Part shown: positions 34,254 to 48,113 of the stretch, piece by piece
How positions within the stretch are numbered: position 1 is the first letter of the stretch
Layout: each line of letters starts with the position of its first letter
Assembly: GCA_030390025.1 (NCBI GenBank)
Contig: CM059432.1
Span: 69,256,001-69,320,000 of the forward strand
DNA from: Squalus acanthias
Taxonomy: Eukaryota
Length of the DNA: 64,000 nucleotides
Direction of reading: 5' to 3'
The notes under the pieces: generated by a model
Databases searched by the model: none
Told to the model about the DNA's origin: nothing
Seen by the model: the letters and a program-made list of their open reading frames with translations, nothing else
Translations under genes and position numbers: made by a program

Positions 34254-35337
34254 AAAAGAGAGTCTAACCACCACCCCATGACATTCAACGGCATTACCAT
34301 CGCCAAGTCCCACATCATCAACATCCTGGGGATCACCATTGACCAGAAACTTAACTGGACCAGCTGCATGAATACTGTGGCTACAAGAGAAGGTCAGAGG
34401 CTGGGTATTCTGCGGCGAGTGTCTCACCTCCTGACTCCCCAAAGCCTTTCCACCATCTACAAGGCACAAGTCAGGAGTGTGATGGAATACTCTCCACTTG
34501 CCTGGATGAGTGCAGCTCCAACAACACTTAAGAAGCTCAACACCATCCAGGACAAAGCAGCCCACTTGATTGGCACCCCATCCACCACCTTAAAAATTCA
34601 CTCTCTCCACCACCGGTGCACCGTGGCTGCAGTGTGTACCATCTACAAGATGCACTGCAGCAACTCGCCAAGGCTTCTTCGACAGCACCTCCCAAACCCA
34701 CGACCTCTACCACCTAGAAGGACAAGGCCAGCAGGCTCATTGGAATATCACCATCCTGACCTGGAAATATATTGCTGTTCCTTCATTTTTGCTGGGTCAA
34801 AATCCTGGAACTCCCTCTCTAACAGCACTATGGGAGTGCCTTCACCACACGGACTGCAGCGGTTCAACAAGGTGGCTCACCACCACCTTCTCAAGGGCAA
34901 TTAGGGATGGGCAATAAATGCTGGCCTTGCCAACAACGCTCACATCCCATGGACGAATAATTAAAAATATCATTAAAAGAAAAACATTGTTACAGGAATT
35001 TCAAACACTGAAAATGTTATCTTAGTGACAAGATTATTTTGTGGGGATTTTTTTGTCTTTATTTTGTAACAATTCTTATTTCCAATATTAAGTGCACAGC
35101 TTAGCAGACAGTTAAAGATGGTGGCTTAATGGATTTTCAAAAACTATTTTGAGCAGTTTGATTGGTTCACAATTTGTATAGGTGGCTATCACTAATGGTT
35201 TTTTTTAGCTTATAGTTCTCTGAACTTTATGACTTCCTGATAACTATTTGTTGTTTGGTATATTTCCTATTTGTTCAGTTGAATATGTAATATGTAATTC
35301 AGCCAATCAGATGCAGGCCGGATATAGAAATGTATTT

Positions 35338-37090
35338 ACATAGGATTACATAGGATATACGGCACACAAATAGGCCAATTGGCCCAAAAGTCCATGCCGG
35401 CGTTTATGCTCCACTCGAGCCTCCTCCTGTCTTTCTCATCTAACTCTGTCAGCATAACCCTCTATTCCCTTTTCCCTCATATGCATATCTAGCCTCCCCT
35501 TAAATGCATCTATACTATTTGCCTCAACTACTCCCTGTGGTAGGGAGTTTCACATTCTCACCACACTCTAGGTAAAGAAGTTTCTTCTGAATTCCCTAAT
35601 TGATTTTTTCCCCACAAGTGGAAACACTGTATCCACTCTATCAAAACCTTTCATAATTTTAAAGACCTCTATTAGGTCACCCCTCAGCCTTCTTTTTTCA
35701 AGTGAAAAGAGACCCAGCCAGTTCATCCTTTCCTAATAGGTATACCCTCGCATTTCTGGTATCATCCTTGTAAGTCTTCTCTGCACCCTCTCCAGTGCCT
35801 CTATATCCTTTTTATAATATGGCGACCAGAATTGTACGCAGTACTCCAAGTATGGTCTAACCAAGGTTCGATACAAGTTTAGCATAACTTCACTACTTTT
35901 CAATTCTATCCATCTAGAAATAAACCCTAGTGCCTGGTTTGCTTTTTTTATGGCCTTGTTAACCTGTATCATTATGTTTAGTGATTTGTATATTTGTACT
36001 CCAAGATCCCTTTGTTCCTCTACCCCACCCAGACTCGCACCCTCCAAGTAATAAGTGACCTCCCTATTCTTCCTACCGAAATGTAATACCTCACATTCAT
36101 CTGTATTGAATTGAATTTGCCAATTATATGCCCATTCTGCAAGTTTATTAATGTCTTCTTGTAATTTGTTGCAGTCCTCTTCAGTATTAACTATCCCCCC
36201 CAATTTGGTGTCATCCGCAAATTTAGAAATTGTGTTTTTGATTCCAAAGTCTAACTCGTTAATATAAATTGTGACCAACAGTGGTCCCAGCACTGATTCT
36301 TGTGGAACACCACTACCCACCTTCTGCCACTGTGAATAGCTACCCTTTACCCCTACTCTCTGCTTTTTGTCTTGAAGCCGGCTAGCGATCCATTCTGCTA
36401 CTTGTCACCTGACTCCACATTCTCTGACCTTATTCATTAGTCTATTATGTGGTACTTTATCGAAGGCCTTTTGAAAATCTAGATAAATTACATCTACTGC
36501 ATTACCCTTGTCTATTCTCGCTGTTACCTCTTCAAAAACTTCAATGACGTTGGTCAAGCAAGACTTAGCCTTTTGAAATCCATGTTGACTATTCATTATT
36601 ACATTTTTGGCTTCTAGATATTCTTCTATTTTCTCCTTTAGTAGGGATTCCATTATTTTTACTACCACCGATGTTAAGCTGACTGGTCTATAGTTCCCTG
36701 GACATGTTCTATTTCCTTTCTTAAATATAGGTATCATGTTAGCTATCTGCCAGTCCTCTGGCACTACACCTTTGTCTAAAGAATTATTAAATATGTGTAG
36801 TAATGCCTCTGCTATCACTTCCCTAGATTCTTTTAAAATGCGCGGATGTAATCCATCTGGTCCAGGCTTTTTCCTCTTTGAGTTTGATTAGTTTATTTAA
36901 TATATCTCCTCTTTTTATTTTAAATGCAGCTATTTCATTACTAATCTCATGATCCAATGTCATGTCCACCTGTTCTATCTCCCTGGTAAATACTGAGGCA
37001 AAATAATTATTTAATATTTCTGCCATCTATCACTGCCTGTGGTATTATCCTGTCCATCCCTTCATGGCCCTATTCCCATCCCGACCTTCC
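35338..37090 (-). mobile_element. CR1 LINE, 5'-truncated RT region to tail
   Basis: ORFs 36405-36818 and 35733-36320 with NYRPVSLTS, YLDFQKAFDKVPH, FADD and RPYLEYCVQFWSP. Confidence 0.92.
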
Positions 37091-37894
37091 TTTTTTTTAA
37101 TTGATTGCATATAAGCAAGTGTGATGCCCAAATTATGATGGACAAAAACACACACAAAGTAGATGTACTGTTTTTATATGTATATAGATAGGCCTAAATT
37201 CTGATATTTTACACTGTTTTGTGCAATAACAATGCATTTTTAAAAAACATTAATCAGTCTGTATTTTTCCACAAGTTGCTTATCAGAAGAGAAACTTGTT
37301 TTAAGTCTACTGCTTTGAGCTGTCTGGGGAATATTGTAATTGTTCACTGGAAAGGTGGCTGCTGCATTTACCCACAGAGAGTATGTTTAGGAGCCACTGA
37401 ACTTGGTTCCTTTCCAAGGTATTGTGCAATTACTTCACAGTGTCTGATTTACTTTAAAGCTTCTTGTTATTGCAGTTTAAAGCTTCAATTTATCCCACAT
37501 ACATCCTGTTTAAAACTGCTTTTCTTCCCTGTTGAACAATGACAATGTATAACATATCATGGTTTTTACAGATGGAAGTTGCATCTTGAATACAGACTGA
37601 TTTTGATGCAGTGAGAATCTGCAAAACACATGCTCCTCTGGTTTGAGTTAAGCAAAAGTCTATGATCAAGACATTAAGCAGTCACTCTGGCTAAAGAAGA
37701 ACAACAACTCGCATTTATATTACATAGAATTACATTGAATTTACAGAAACAGGCCATTCAATCCAACTGGTCCATGCTGGTGTTTATGCTCTACATGAGC
37801 CTCCTACTCACTTTACTTCATCTTACCCTATCCTTCTATTCCTTTCTCCGTTATATACCTATCTAGCTTCCCCCAAATGCTTCTATGCTACACA

Positions 37895-38681
37895 AGGGCA
37901 AGGGCAGACGTCGATGACGAAGTCCAACACCACCTTCAGTGTGCCAGCGCAGCCTTCGGTCACCTGAGGAAGAGAGTGTTTGAAGACCAGGACCTCAAAC
38001 CCAGCACTAAGCTCATGGTCTACAGAGCAGTAGTGATACCCGCCCTCCTGTATGCTTCAGAGACATGGACCATGTACAGCAGGCACCTCAAAGCACTGGA
38101 GAGGTACCACCAACGCTGCCTCCGCAAGATCCTGCAAATCCATTGGCAGGATAGGCGCACCAACGTCAGTGTACTCGCTCAGGCCAACATCCCCAGCATC
38201 GAAGCTTTGACCATGCTCGATCAGCTCCGATGGATGGGCCACATCGTCCGCATGCCCGATACGAGACTCCCAAAACAAGCGCTCTACTCGGAGCTCCGAC
38301 ACGGCAAGAGAGCCCCAGGTGGGCAGAGGAAACGCTTCAAGGACACCCTCAAAGCCTCCTTGAAAAAGTGCAACATTCCCACCGACACCTGGGAATCCCT
38401 GGCCCAAGACCGCACAAAGTGGAGGAGAAGCATCCAGGAAGGCGCCAAACACCTCGAGTCTCTTCGTCTGGAGCAAGCAGAAGCCAAGTGCAAACAGCGG
38501 AAGGAGCGCTAGTCAACCCAAGCACCCCACTCACCCGCCCCTTCAACCACCGTCTGCCCCACCTGTGACAGAGAATGTAGGTCCCGCATTGGACTCATCA
38601 GTCACCTGAGAACTCATTTTTAGTGTGGAAGCAAGTCATCCTCGGTTCCAAGGGATTGCCTAAGAAGAGAAGAAGAAGAAG
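37895..38681 (+). mobile_element. RTE-clade (BovB-like) LINE 3' fragment with 10-bp TSD, inserted in a CR1 tail
   Basis: Motifs AFGHLRKRVF, VYRAVVIPALLYASETWT, QLRWMGHIVRM and GGQRKRFKDTLK, with an (AAG)n tail. ATGCTACACA occurs at 37885-94 and 38682-91. Confidence 0.92.
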
Positions 38682-39379
38682 ATGCTACACACCTCTCCAT
38701 GTGGTAGCGAGTTCCACAGTCTCGCCACTATCCCACAGAAATGTAAATTTACCAGCTTATACCCACTCTTTTGTTAATCCCCCAAATGGTTGACTAAACG
38801 TCAAATTCCTCCTCATACAGGCCTGCTAAATGCGCTGAGCTGGTTCAGCGGGCTTGCGCCATTGACGTAAAATCGCATTGTGACTCAAGCACACATAAAA
38901 TGGATGGGCAAGAGAGAGAGCGGCAGCAGTTTGCACCCGATTTTGCAATAAAAACTTCTACCAGCCCGTTTGGCAATGCCGCCATTCCAAAACTCTCATC
39001 CCTGTCTTCAAATCCCTCATGGCCTCGCCCCTCCCCATCTCTGCAGGATGCCTTTAATATAGCGCAATGCATCAAGTAGTTTCACAGATGGCACCTGACC
39101 CAAGCGAAGTAAGGACAGATTGGAGGTTTTAATGGAGGATGTTAAAGGTGGTGAAAGATGGAACAAGACAGAAGGGTTTAGGGAGAAAATTCCAGAGTGT
39201 TGGGGCAAGACGCCTGACAGCAAGAGTTGGAAGAGAAGAGGGTATAAGGAGGATTGGGACAGCAGGAGGATGGAGGAGTGTACAATAGATCAGAGTTGGA
39301 AAAGAAGAGGCTGTAAGCAGGAAAGTAGGGTTGGAGGAAGTTTCAGACAGTAGAATGAAGAGAGGCTATGGTGGATTTG

Positions 39380-39700
39380 CAAATGAGAACAGAACAGATG
39401 ACGCAGAAAGGGAGTGATGGAAGACAGAGTGAATTAGGCAGTACAGGGTGGATGAAGTAGACAGAAAAGAGCAGATGAAGCAAAATAAAACAGATTAGGC
39501 AGAACAGAAATGATGAGACAGATAAAATAAAGCAGATGAGGCAGGCGGAACAGAAATGACAAGGTACATAGAACAGAGCAGATGACATGGAACAGTGATT
39601 ATGAGGCAAAGCAGGTAGGCTGAGCAAAGTGGACGAGGCAGTAAGAACCAAATAGTTATGGCAGGAAGAGCAGATCAAGTGCAGCAGGTGGAGTGTGGAG
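39380..39700. repeat. Degenerate purine-rich tandem repeat
   Basis: Recurring AGCAGATGAG / GAACAGAAATGA units. Confidence 0.55.
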
Positions 39701-39727
39701 CATAAGATAACAAATTAAATTGTTCCT

Positions 39728-40450
39728 GACAAAATTCGGTTGCTTTGCGCCTCCCGTTAGCACCCCAAGAGGGCGCTAAGGGGGCGCAAAGCAACTAGTG
39801 CCTGGGCGCAGCGCCGCCAATGCCTCCCGCAAAATTCAGCGGGAGGTTAGCGGTAGCAGTAACCGTTAGCGCCCCGCGGCGCTGCGCCGCCATCGATGAT
39901 GTCATCGCCGTGCACAGCACCCCAGCCGCGATCTTCGGTAGCAGCCCCTGATCTACCACCGGACGCTATGTCCAATGGAGTCAGGGGGGCTTACTTGCGG
40001 CTGGGGCGACGCAAATTAAAGGGGAGGTGCCGGGAGGCCATTTTTGTTGCTGGCCGCCTGCCAGCACCTGCCCCCTCTGCCGTCCCTGGCCTCCTCTGCA
40101 GCCGCCACCCGCGGAGTGCCGGCAGCGCTCCGTGAGCCCGGCACTTTTCTTGAGTGCCGGGCTCTTTTGTTGACACTCCGATCCCTGGTGGCCCAGCTGG
40201 GCCCCGAGTCACGCTGCACTAGGCCCCTCCCCTACGTGGCGCAGAGCATGGCGCTGCGGCATGTAACGCCGCGATATTCACTCGCAGCGCCCCAAGAGGG
40301 AGGCGGGGCGCGTCCAGTAGCACCCCACCCTCCCTCTTGGGGCGCTACTGGTGAATTTTGGCCATGGGGCGTTAATTTTTTCGGGGCGCTAAAAGTAGCG
40401 CCCCAGTGAAGTTAGCACCCTGAAGGGGGCGTGACCCAATTTTTCCCCCC
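39728..40450. mobile_element. CpG-rich Harbinger-type MITE
   Basis: Right end CCAATTTTTCCCCC and eroded left end AAAATTCGG. Subterminal GGGGCGCTA/TAGCGCCCC repeats at both ends resemble the subterminal motifs of the Harbingers at 3280-3314 and 5420. Confidence 0.75.
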
Positions 40451-40561
40451 TGATGTCAGTGGACTTTATGCTGGGACCAATTCAGAGCACAGAATTCAGC
40501 AAATTTAAACTGACAATTGAAGCATGACTTTAAGCTGCTCCAACCTGTATAAAGAATCTCA

Positions 40562-40700
40562 CTGGAATTTCATTGGGGGGTTCTCCCGATTGGCTGACAT
40601 ATGTTTGGCAGAAGATCGGCAAAAACCCAATTGATACATGTATGCAGAGTTTCCACCGAATTTACGGCAGCCGAGCGGGAGAAACCCCAAGAGATTCCTG
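40562..40700. mobile_element. Short hairpin MITE
   Basis: Inverted arms GGAATTTCATTGGGGGGTTCTCCCG / CGGGAGAAACCCCAAGAGATTCC. Confidence 0.65.
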
Positions 40701-41132
40701 GCAAGTGTCACAGAATCCATTTTCAAATAGAATTTTGATTAAGTTTTGCTGTGCATGCACATTTGTGCAGTGTTATTTAACTTTTCTCCCTATTTTCTCA
40801 TGTCTAAGTCTCCCCTTGTAAGTTTTTCTACATTGTACACAATAACTAACGTGACCAAGGAAATGGTAACCATTTGCTAATGCTGTATCGTAACTGGTCA
40901 CATGAAGGTGCGCAAGAATAACTGGGCATGACACCCCCTCCAACTTTTTACCTTCCTAGCTGTAAGCATCTGGCCTCTGCTTCTTACAGTGGTACAAATG
41001 TGATCAAACCCAATCTTCATCACAACAATAGCAACAACTTCTAATTATATAGTGCCTTTAGCATAGAAGGTACTTTAAAATGTACAAGGAAAAAATGATG
41101 CTGACCCAAATAAGGAAATATTAGGAGAGGTA

Positions 41133-42610
41133 ACTTGTGCTCCAGAACTAGCCGCGCCTCTAGCCGAGCTGTCCCAGTACAACTACAACACTGGCATCTA
41201 CCTGACAATGTTAAAAACTGCCCAGGTATGTCCTGTCCACAAAAACAGGACAAATCCAGTCGGGTCAATTACCGTCCCATCAGTCTACTCTCATTCACAG
41301 CAAAGTGATGAAAGGTGTCATCGACAGTGCTATCAAGCGCCACTTACTCACCAATAACCTGCTCACTGATGCTCAGTTTGGGTTCCACCAGGACCACTCG
41401 GCTCCAGACCTCATTACAGCCTTGGTGCAAACATGGACAAAAAAGCTGAATTCCAGAGGTGAGGTGAAAGTGACTCCCCTTGACATCAAGGCATCAAGAA
41501 GCCCAAGTAAAATTGAAGTCAATGGGAATCAAGGGGAAAACTCTCCACTGGCTGGAATCATACCTAGCACAAAGGAAAATAGTTGTGGTTGTTGGAGGCC
41601 AATCATCACAGCTCCAGGACATTGCTGCAGGAGTTCCTCAGGGCAGTATCCAAGGCCCAACCATCTTCAGCTGCTTCAACAATGACCTTTCCTCCATCAT
41701 AAGTTCAGAAGTGGGGATGTTCGCTGATGATTGCACAGTGTTCAGTTCCATTCACAACTCCTCAGATAATGAAGCAGATAATGCACGCATGCAGCAAGAC
41801 CTGGACGATGTTTAGGCTTGAGCTGATAAGCGGCAAGTAACATTCGCGCCACACAAGTGCCAGGCAATGACTATCTCCAACAAGAGAGAATCTAACCACC
41901 GCCCCTTGACATTCAACGGCATTACCATCACCAAATCCCCCACCATCAACATCCTGGGGGTCACCATTGACCAGAAACTTAACTGGACCAGTCACATAAA
42001 TACTGTGGCTACAAGAGCAGGTCAGAGGCTGGGTACTCTGCGGCGAGTGTCTCACCTCCTGACTCCCCAAAGCCTTTCCACCATCTACAAGGCACAACTC
42101 AGGAGTGTGATGGAATGCTCTCCACTTGCCTGGATGAGTGCAGCTCCAACAACACTCAAGAAACTCAACACCATCCAGGACAAAGCAGCCCACTTGATTG
42201 GTACCCCATCCACCACCTTAGACATTCACTCCCTCCACCACCGACGCACTGTGGCTGCAGTGTGTACCATCTACAAGATGCACTGCAGCAATTCACCAAG
42301 GCTTCTTCGACAGCTCCTCCCAAACCCGCGACCTTTACCAAGTAGAAGGACAAGGGCAGCAGGCGCATGGGAACACCATCACCATCAAGTGCCCCTGCAA
42401 GTCACACACGATCCTGACTTGGAAATATATCGCCGTTCCTTCATCGTCGCTGGGTCAAAATCCTGGAACACCCTCCCTAACAGCACTATGGGAGTACTTT
42501 CATCACACAGGCTGCAGCAGTTCAAGAAGGCAGCTCACCACTACCTTCTCAAGGGCAATAAATGCTGGCCTTGCCAGCGATGCCCACATCCCAGGAACAA
42601 ATTAAAAAAA
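41133..42610 (+). mobile_element. Zenon-like LINE, 5'-truncated (RT to poly(A))
   Basis: ORFs 41305-41815 and 41867 onward. Same family as copies A and B. Confidence 0.93.
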
Positions 42611-42814
42611 ACTAGGTCAAAGAGGTGGCTGTTAAGAAGGATCTTAAAGAAGGAGAGGGAGATGGTGAGCAAGCGGTTTAAGGAAGAAATTCTGGATCAT
42701 GGAGTCTAGCAGCTGATGACACGGTTGGCAATAGTTGAATGAAGGGAGGCGGGTATGCAAAAGAGGCTGGAATCAGAGAATGGAGAGTTCAGAGGAGGGG
42801 GTGTTGTAGTGTTC

Positions 42815-43450
42815 AACTTCAACTGGGCTTCATAAATAGAGGCATAGAGTACAAAAGCAAGCAAGTTATGATGAACCTTTATAAAACACTGATTCGGCCT
42901 CAACTGGAGTATGTGTCCAATTCTGGGCACCGCACTTTAGGAAGGATGTGAAGGCCTTAGAGAGGGTACAGAAAAGATTTACAAGAATGATTCCAGGGAT
43001 GAGGGATTTCAGTTACTTGGATAGACTGGAGAAACTGGCGTTGTTCTGCTTAACAGAGAAGGTTGAGAGGAGATTTGATAGAGTTGTTCAAAATCATGAG
43101 GGATGTGGACAGAGTAGATAGGGAGAAACTGTTCCCATTGGCGGAAGGGTGGAGAACCAGATGACACAGAATTAAGGTGATTGGCAGAAGAACCAAAGGC
43201 GACATGAGGAAAAACATTTTTACGCAGCGAGTGGTTAGGATCTGGAATTCACTGCCTGAAAGGGTGGTGGAGGCAGATTCAATTGTGGCTTTCAAAAGGG
43301 AATTGGATAAGTACCTGAAGGAAAAATTTGCAGAGCTACGGGGAAAGGGCGGGGGAATCGGACTAGCTGAAGTGCTCTTGCAGAGAGCCGGCACGGGCTC
43401 GACGGGCCAATTGGCCTCCTTCTGTGCTGTAACCATTCTATGATTCTATG
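42815..43450 (+). mobile_element. CR1 3' fragment with probable TSD
   Basis: GFINRGIEYKS..RPQLEY and an (ATTCTATG)n tail. GTGTTGTAGTGTT occurs on both flanks. Confidence 0.9.
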
Positions 43451-44519
43451 TGTTGCAGTTGTAGTGTTGTAGTGTTGGACAAAGTTTAAAAACATAGGAA
43501 AAGGTGAGCCCATGGAGGGATTAAAGGCAAGAGTGAGAATTTTAAATCTGAGGTGATGGGGTACCGGGATTCAATGTAGGTGAGTGAGGACAGGTCTGAT
43601 GGGCAAGCAGGACTTGGTGTGGATAAGATACGAGCGGAAGATTTTGGATGAGCTGAAGTTTATAGGGAGTGCAGGATGGGAGGCCAGCCAGGAGAGCCTT
43701 GATGTAATAAAATCTGGAGGTGACAAAAGCATGAATGATGGTTTTTGCAACATATAAACTGGTTAAGGGGAGAGATGGATAACACTTTGGAGATGGAAGT
43801 AGGCAATCTTTGTGATGGAGTGGATATTCTCAAAATCAACACAGATAAATGAAAATGACATTAAAATTCGTCCTAATTTCCTTCAACTCAATATTAAAAG
43901 AAATGTTGATGGTGAGACTTCTAATATAAATTTAAAGGAAAATATTCTGCTACATTTACTTTTAGGAACGCTGCACTTATCCTTCATATATATTGTGCAT
44001 TATGGTATTCAGTATTATGGTGCAATAAGTGTTCTTACTCGCAGTCCTTGGCAAGATGTTTTAAGATCTATTGTGAGTTTTGTTTTGGCCTATGTCCACA
44101 CAGTCAATCATCAAGGCACCAGACACAAGCTGCCTGGTGGCAACAGAGACAGGCTGGAACAGCAGCAAAGGGAGTTTAAAGTAAAAACTGGCCAGATTTT
44201 TTAGATTTATTGTTATAACTTTGAAATCTACGTCTAACACAAGTAAGTTAAAGGACACAAGGTTATGTAAACTACAGGACTCCTTTAATGTCCACACTTG
44301 TTTTGTAGTTGCTCCCATCCTGGCTTCAGAAACACCATCGTTACATGCATGTACCATTACTTGAAAACTCACACTTATTGTCAAAATCCATTAAAAACAT
44401 ACACTAAATGTGGTAATAACTAAGCACAACTGGGACACTTTTCCCCCATATGGATATATGAATGGTGATTTCAGAGGAAATATATTTCACGAGAATGCTT
44501 ATGTTACAATACCTTGATG

Positions 44520-44800
44520 ACTCATTTTGTAAATGCATCATCATACAGACCCATACAAACTGGGAAGATGTTAGGTTCAGTCCCTGCTCTGCGATTAACT
44601 GGCTGATCTCAACCAAAGTGTTGGCTGGAGACCTAATACTGGCTTCAGTGTCTGCAAACTTGGATGGGGGTAAGTTGTCCAGGGTTCCCACTTCTAATCA
44701 ATATCTAGTGATCCTAGCTGGAACTGTGTGTGTGTGTGTGTGTGTGGACACTGAGTAAGAAAGGTTCCAGGCATCAACAGTGATGGCACCCTTCCAGTGG
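44520..44800 (+). mobile_element. Old SINE-like repeat with internal (TG)n
   Basis: Similar to 26158-26480, with a B-box-like AGGTTCAGTCCC. Confidence 0.55.
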
Positions 44801-45010
44801 AATTAGAAGCGGAAAAGTTATACCACAGTTATATTTTCTCTCACTACTCCAATGTGATTGGCAAAGCCACATGTATCATCTGTGTCACAACACAATAGTC
44901 AAGTCATCTGAGGAAGCATCACTGGAAATTACTGTTAGATCAAGGCCACTGAAAGTTAGCTAACGGTTCCGATTTTCGGGACTTCAATATTAGATTCAAA
45001 GAGTGTTTGA

Positions 45011-45415
45011 AAGAAAGTGTTGCATTAATATTGCGCCTTTCATGACCTCAGGATGTCCCAAAGTACTTTACAACCAATGAAGTACTTTTTGATGTGTAGT
45101 CACCATTGTAAATTAGGAAACGCGGCAGCCAATTTGCACATAGCAAGCTCCCACAAACAGCAATGTGATAATGACCAGATAATCTGTTTTTTTTAGTGAT
45201 GTCGATTGAGGGATAAATATTGGCCTAGACACCGGGGATAACTCACCTGCCCTTCTTCGAAATAGTGCCATGGGATTGTTTATGTCCACGAGAGCGCAGC
45301 CGTCCCTCGGTTTAACATCTCGTCCAAAAGACAGCATCTCTGGCAGTGCAACACTCCCTCAGTACTGCACTGGAGTGTCACCCTAGATTTTTTGTGCTCA
45401 AGTCTCTGGAGTGGG
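45011..45415 (-). mobile_element. Deu-domain SINE, slightly 5'-truncated
   Basis: Colinear with 15569-16036. Confidence 0.88.
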
Positions 45416-46729
45416 AGGAACAAGTTTGTGCACTAATGATATTGTGCTTCTAGATGTCCAGCATGCCTGATACTATGAAAGTGTATAGTAGTTTCTAAGT
45501 GTACTCGTATTAATATTGCAGCAGTGGGGATAAAATTGTTGCATGATTTGCACAGTATATATTATTTAAAAAGGGGTAAGTTAGATAATGATAAGTTTAA
45601 AAAGCAGCTGTAAAGTGCGGTCATGATGTTATCCCGATCGCCCCCCCCCCACCCCACCCCGCCCCCAGAAGATTGCTCAGAGCTCTCAGTTAGTAATTTT
45701 CTTGACTCCTATTATACTCAGAAAGAACACACTTTGGGCACCATTAATTCTTTATATGGGGTCTAATTGGAATATCAGTGTTCCCGATCACGTTACGCTG
45801 AAATTTTAATGTAAGACCCGTGTAAGATTAACCTTCCCTTCATGCAGAGTTCGTAAAATGTACTGAAAGTTGTCATAGAAGCATACAAGACATTTTTATA
45901 TATGGAAGATGCCTTTTACAGACATGAACCTAGTATGAAACAATAACCAGCTACATCTTAAAGTAAATTCCCAACTTAGATTACAAATATTGAAAGGTTT
46001 TAAAAAAATGAACTTTCAGCTTTATTGTAAGTGTTGCTCCTTCTGCTGTGAATGGACTGTTCCACTTATGATATCTGTCATTCTGGCATCACCTGTTGAA
46101 ATCATGACTTCATCCAATGGAACCATTCATACAGAAAAAGAGAGAAGTAACAATTGTTTTGGCAATCAACGTTAGGATGTAGTGTTAAGATTTTTACTAA
46201 TATTTTAACAAGAGACCTGTCAGCTATTAATATTGGATAGTGAGCTCTTAAATCCAGTGTTTACTCTAGTTAGTTGTAGATATCCTGATGAAGAAGGAAC
46301 TTCTTATTACAGACATAAACAATTGGAGTGCCCTCATAAAACATAACAAAGGTTCCTTGACATGAACATAGATCTAAACAAATCTAATTAACTTCTGTCT
46401 TTGAAAATTCTGCCAGGGTGAGTCTATTGTGCCCTATAACAGGAATTACATGATAATTGTTTTAGCAAAGTAATAACATAAAGTAAAATTATTTCTCTCG
46501 GTCATAAATTCAGCCTACGCAAGTAACACTTCAATACTGTGTCTGCTGAAATGCCCAATTGACGCAGACACAAAGGTACATCTTATTTTTCATAACAGTT
46601 TCTGCAATAAGTCTCAATCATGTTTTTGTAGATTTTCCCTATTTAATAAAGCATTACCTTTTCTAGGTTAGTGCAGTGCCCTCTGCATCCCATTAGTTAA
46701 TTTAAAATAGTGGCTTTGTCCCAAACATT

Positions 46730-47308
46730 AACATTAGGAATATAGGAACAGGAGTAGGCCATTTAGCCCTCGAGCCTGTTCCACCCTTCAATGAGATCAT
46801 GACTGATCTGTGACCTAAGTCCATATACCCGCCTTTGCCCCATATCCCTTAATACCTTTGGTTAACAAAAATCTAGCAGTCTCAGATTTCAAATTAACAA
46901 TTGACCTAGCATCAATTGTCATTTGCGGAAGAGAGTTCCAAACTTATACTACCGTTTGCATGTCGAAGTGTTTCCTAACTTCACTCCTGAAAGGCCTGGC
47001 TCTAACTTTTAGACTATATCCCCAAGTCCTAGATTCCCCAACCAGCAGAAATAGTTTCTCTCTACCTATCCTATCAGTTCCTCTTAATATCTTGAAAACT
47101 TCAATCAAATCACCCCTTAACCTTCTAAATTCCATGGAATGCAACCCTAGTTTGTGTAAACTCTCCTCGTAATTTAACACTTGGAGTCCGGGTATCATTC
47201 TGGTAAACCTACGCCGCACTCCCTCCAAGGCCAATATATCCTTCCTAAGGTGTGGTGCCCAGAACTGCTCACAGTACTCCAGGTGTGGTCTAACCAGAGC
47301 TTTGTAAC
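46730..47308 (-). mobile_element. CR1 3' fragment
   Basis: YKALVRPHLEYCEQFWAPHLRKD...RGDLIEVFKIL followed by the CR1 3' UTR. Confidence 0.9.
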
Positions 47309-48026
47309 ATGAAGTGCTAATGCTGACACCCCAGACCCAAGCCACCCAAAATTGTGTTGGTTCATCTCTTCAATACACTTGAGCTATTTCTGTCACTAAC
47401 TTGCTGACTGCAACGTAACTTGACACAATGACACATTGTGTTCGTGCTTGTGGAAAGAAGAATCGGGCCCTTTACTCTACATATTTGATTAACGCAATTT
47501 TGTTATTGGGATGAATTCTCATTTATCTTTTTAAAATGTTAATATAAACCAAATGGTTCCTAAAATGTACTGCACACTGGAACATGTGCTCTGGAGTAAG
47601 TGCTGAGACAGCTTTTTGTATTAATCACACTTACTGACCCTGAAGCAGTCATATAGCAAAGAGTTCTATGGAACCTGATGATACATTTATACACACTGCA
47701 GAGGAAACAAAAAATTAAAATAATTCCCATTCCTTCCTCTCATTTGATGATTGCACACCCAAATGACCTTCTGTCTCAAGAGATGCGCCTGTTGCTCTGC
47801 TCTTTAATTAAGATCAACTTTCTAGACCTAAATGTGAAAGTTGTCCTTTGCTCCCTGCCTCAGACATAATGATCGCTTCCAAGAAAAACATGACTTGATG
47901 TCAGAACAACTTCCTAATTCTTCAGTGTTTTGATAGAACAGGTCGACATTTCAGCCACTTCACCCTTCCCCCCGCCCAACAAAAACTGTAATGTCTTTTC
48001 CATCAGTCCTAGATTGTGAAACATAC

Positions 48027-48113
48027 CTCACCTCCTGACCCTATACAGCCCACAATATGTATGGTCTGAAGAGACCTCCGGGTTTTCCTCAGGAGCTCTG
48101 GCCCACTCTTCAC
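48027..48113 (-). other. Candidate 87-nt exon of an unidentified minus-strand gene
   Basis: Strong acceptor TTTTATTTCTTTTCTCCAGTAG (NAGNAG) and donor GAG|GTATGT. Length is divisible by 3 and the phase-0 frame is open: VKSGPELLRKTRRSLQTIHIVGCIGSGGE. Confidence 0.35.

Larger units (their letters stand above)
29975..34966 (+). mobile_element. Full-length Zenon-like APE-RT LINE with tRNA-derived 5' head (copy B), with four nested insertions
   Basis: A box TAGCATAGTGTT (29981-92) and B box GAGTTCAAATCC (30044-55). The 5' region is homologous to copy A. APE and RT remnants follow, and the 3' UTR ends at ~34966. Confidence 0.9.
41020..43830 (-). mobile_element. Old L2 3' region split by two younger LINEs
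   Basis: L2 tail CAACAACTT..TATATAGTGCCTTTA at 41020-41060. Pieces at 41020-41132, 42611-42812 and 43460-43830 are colinear with the L2 at 62002. Confidence 0.75.

Noticed and set aside
34152..34904. 250-aa ORF as a novel gene
   Set aside because: Antisense Penelope pLTR fused by chance to the LINE C-terminus.
39896..40409. CpG island or GC-rich ORFs as a host promoter or gene
   Set aside because: Lies inside an element with Harbinger-type terminal and subterminal repeats; the ORFs are compositional artefacts.
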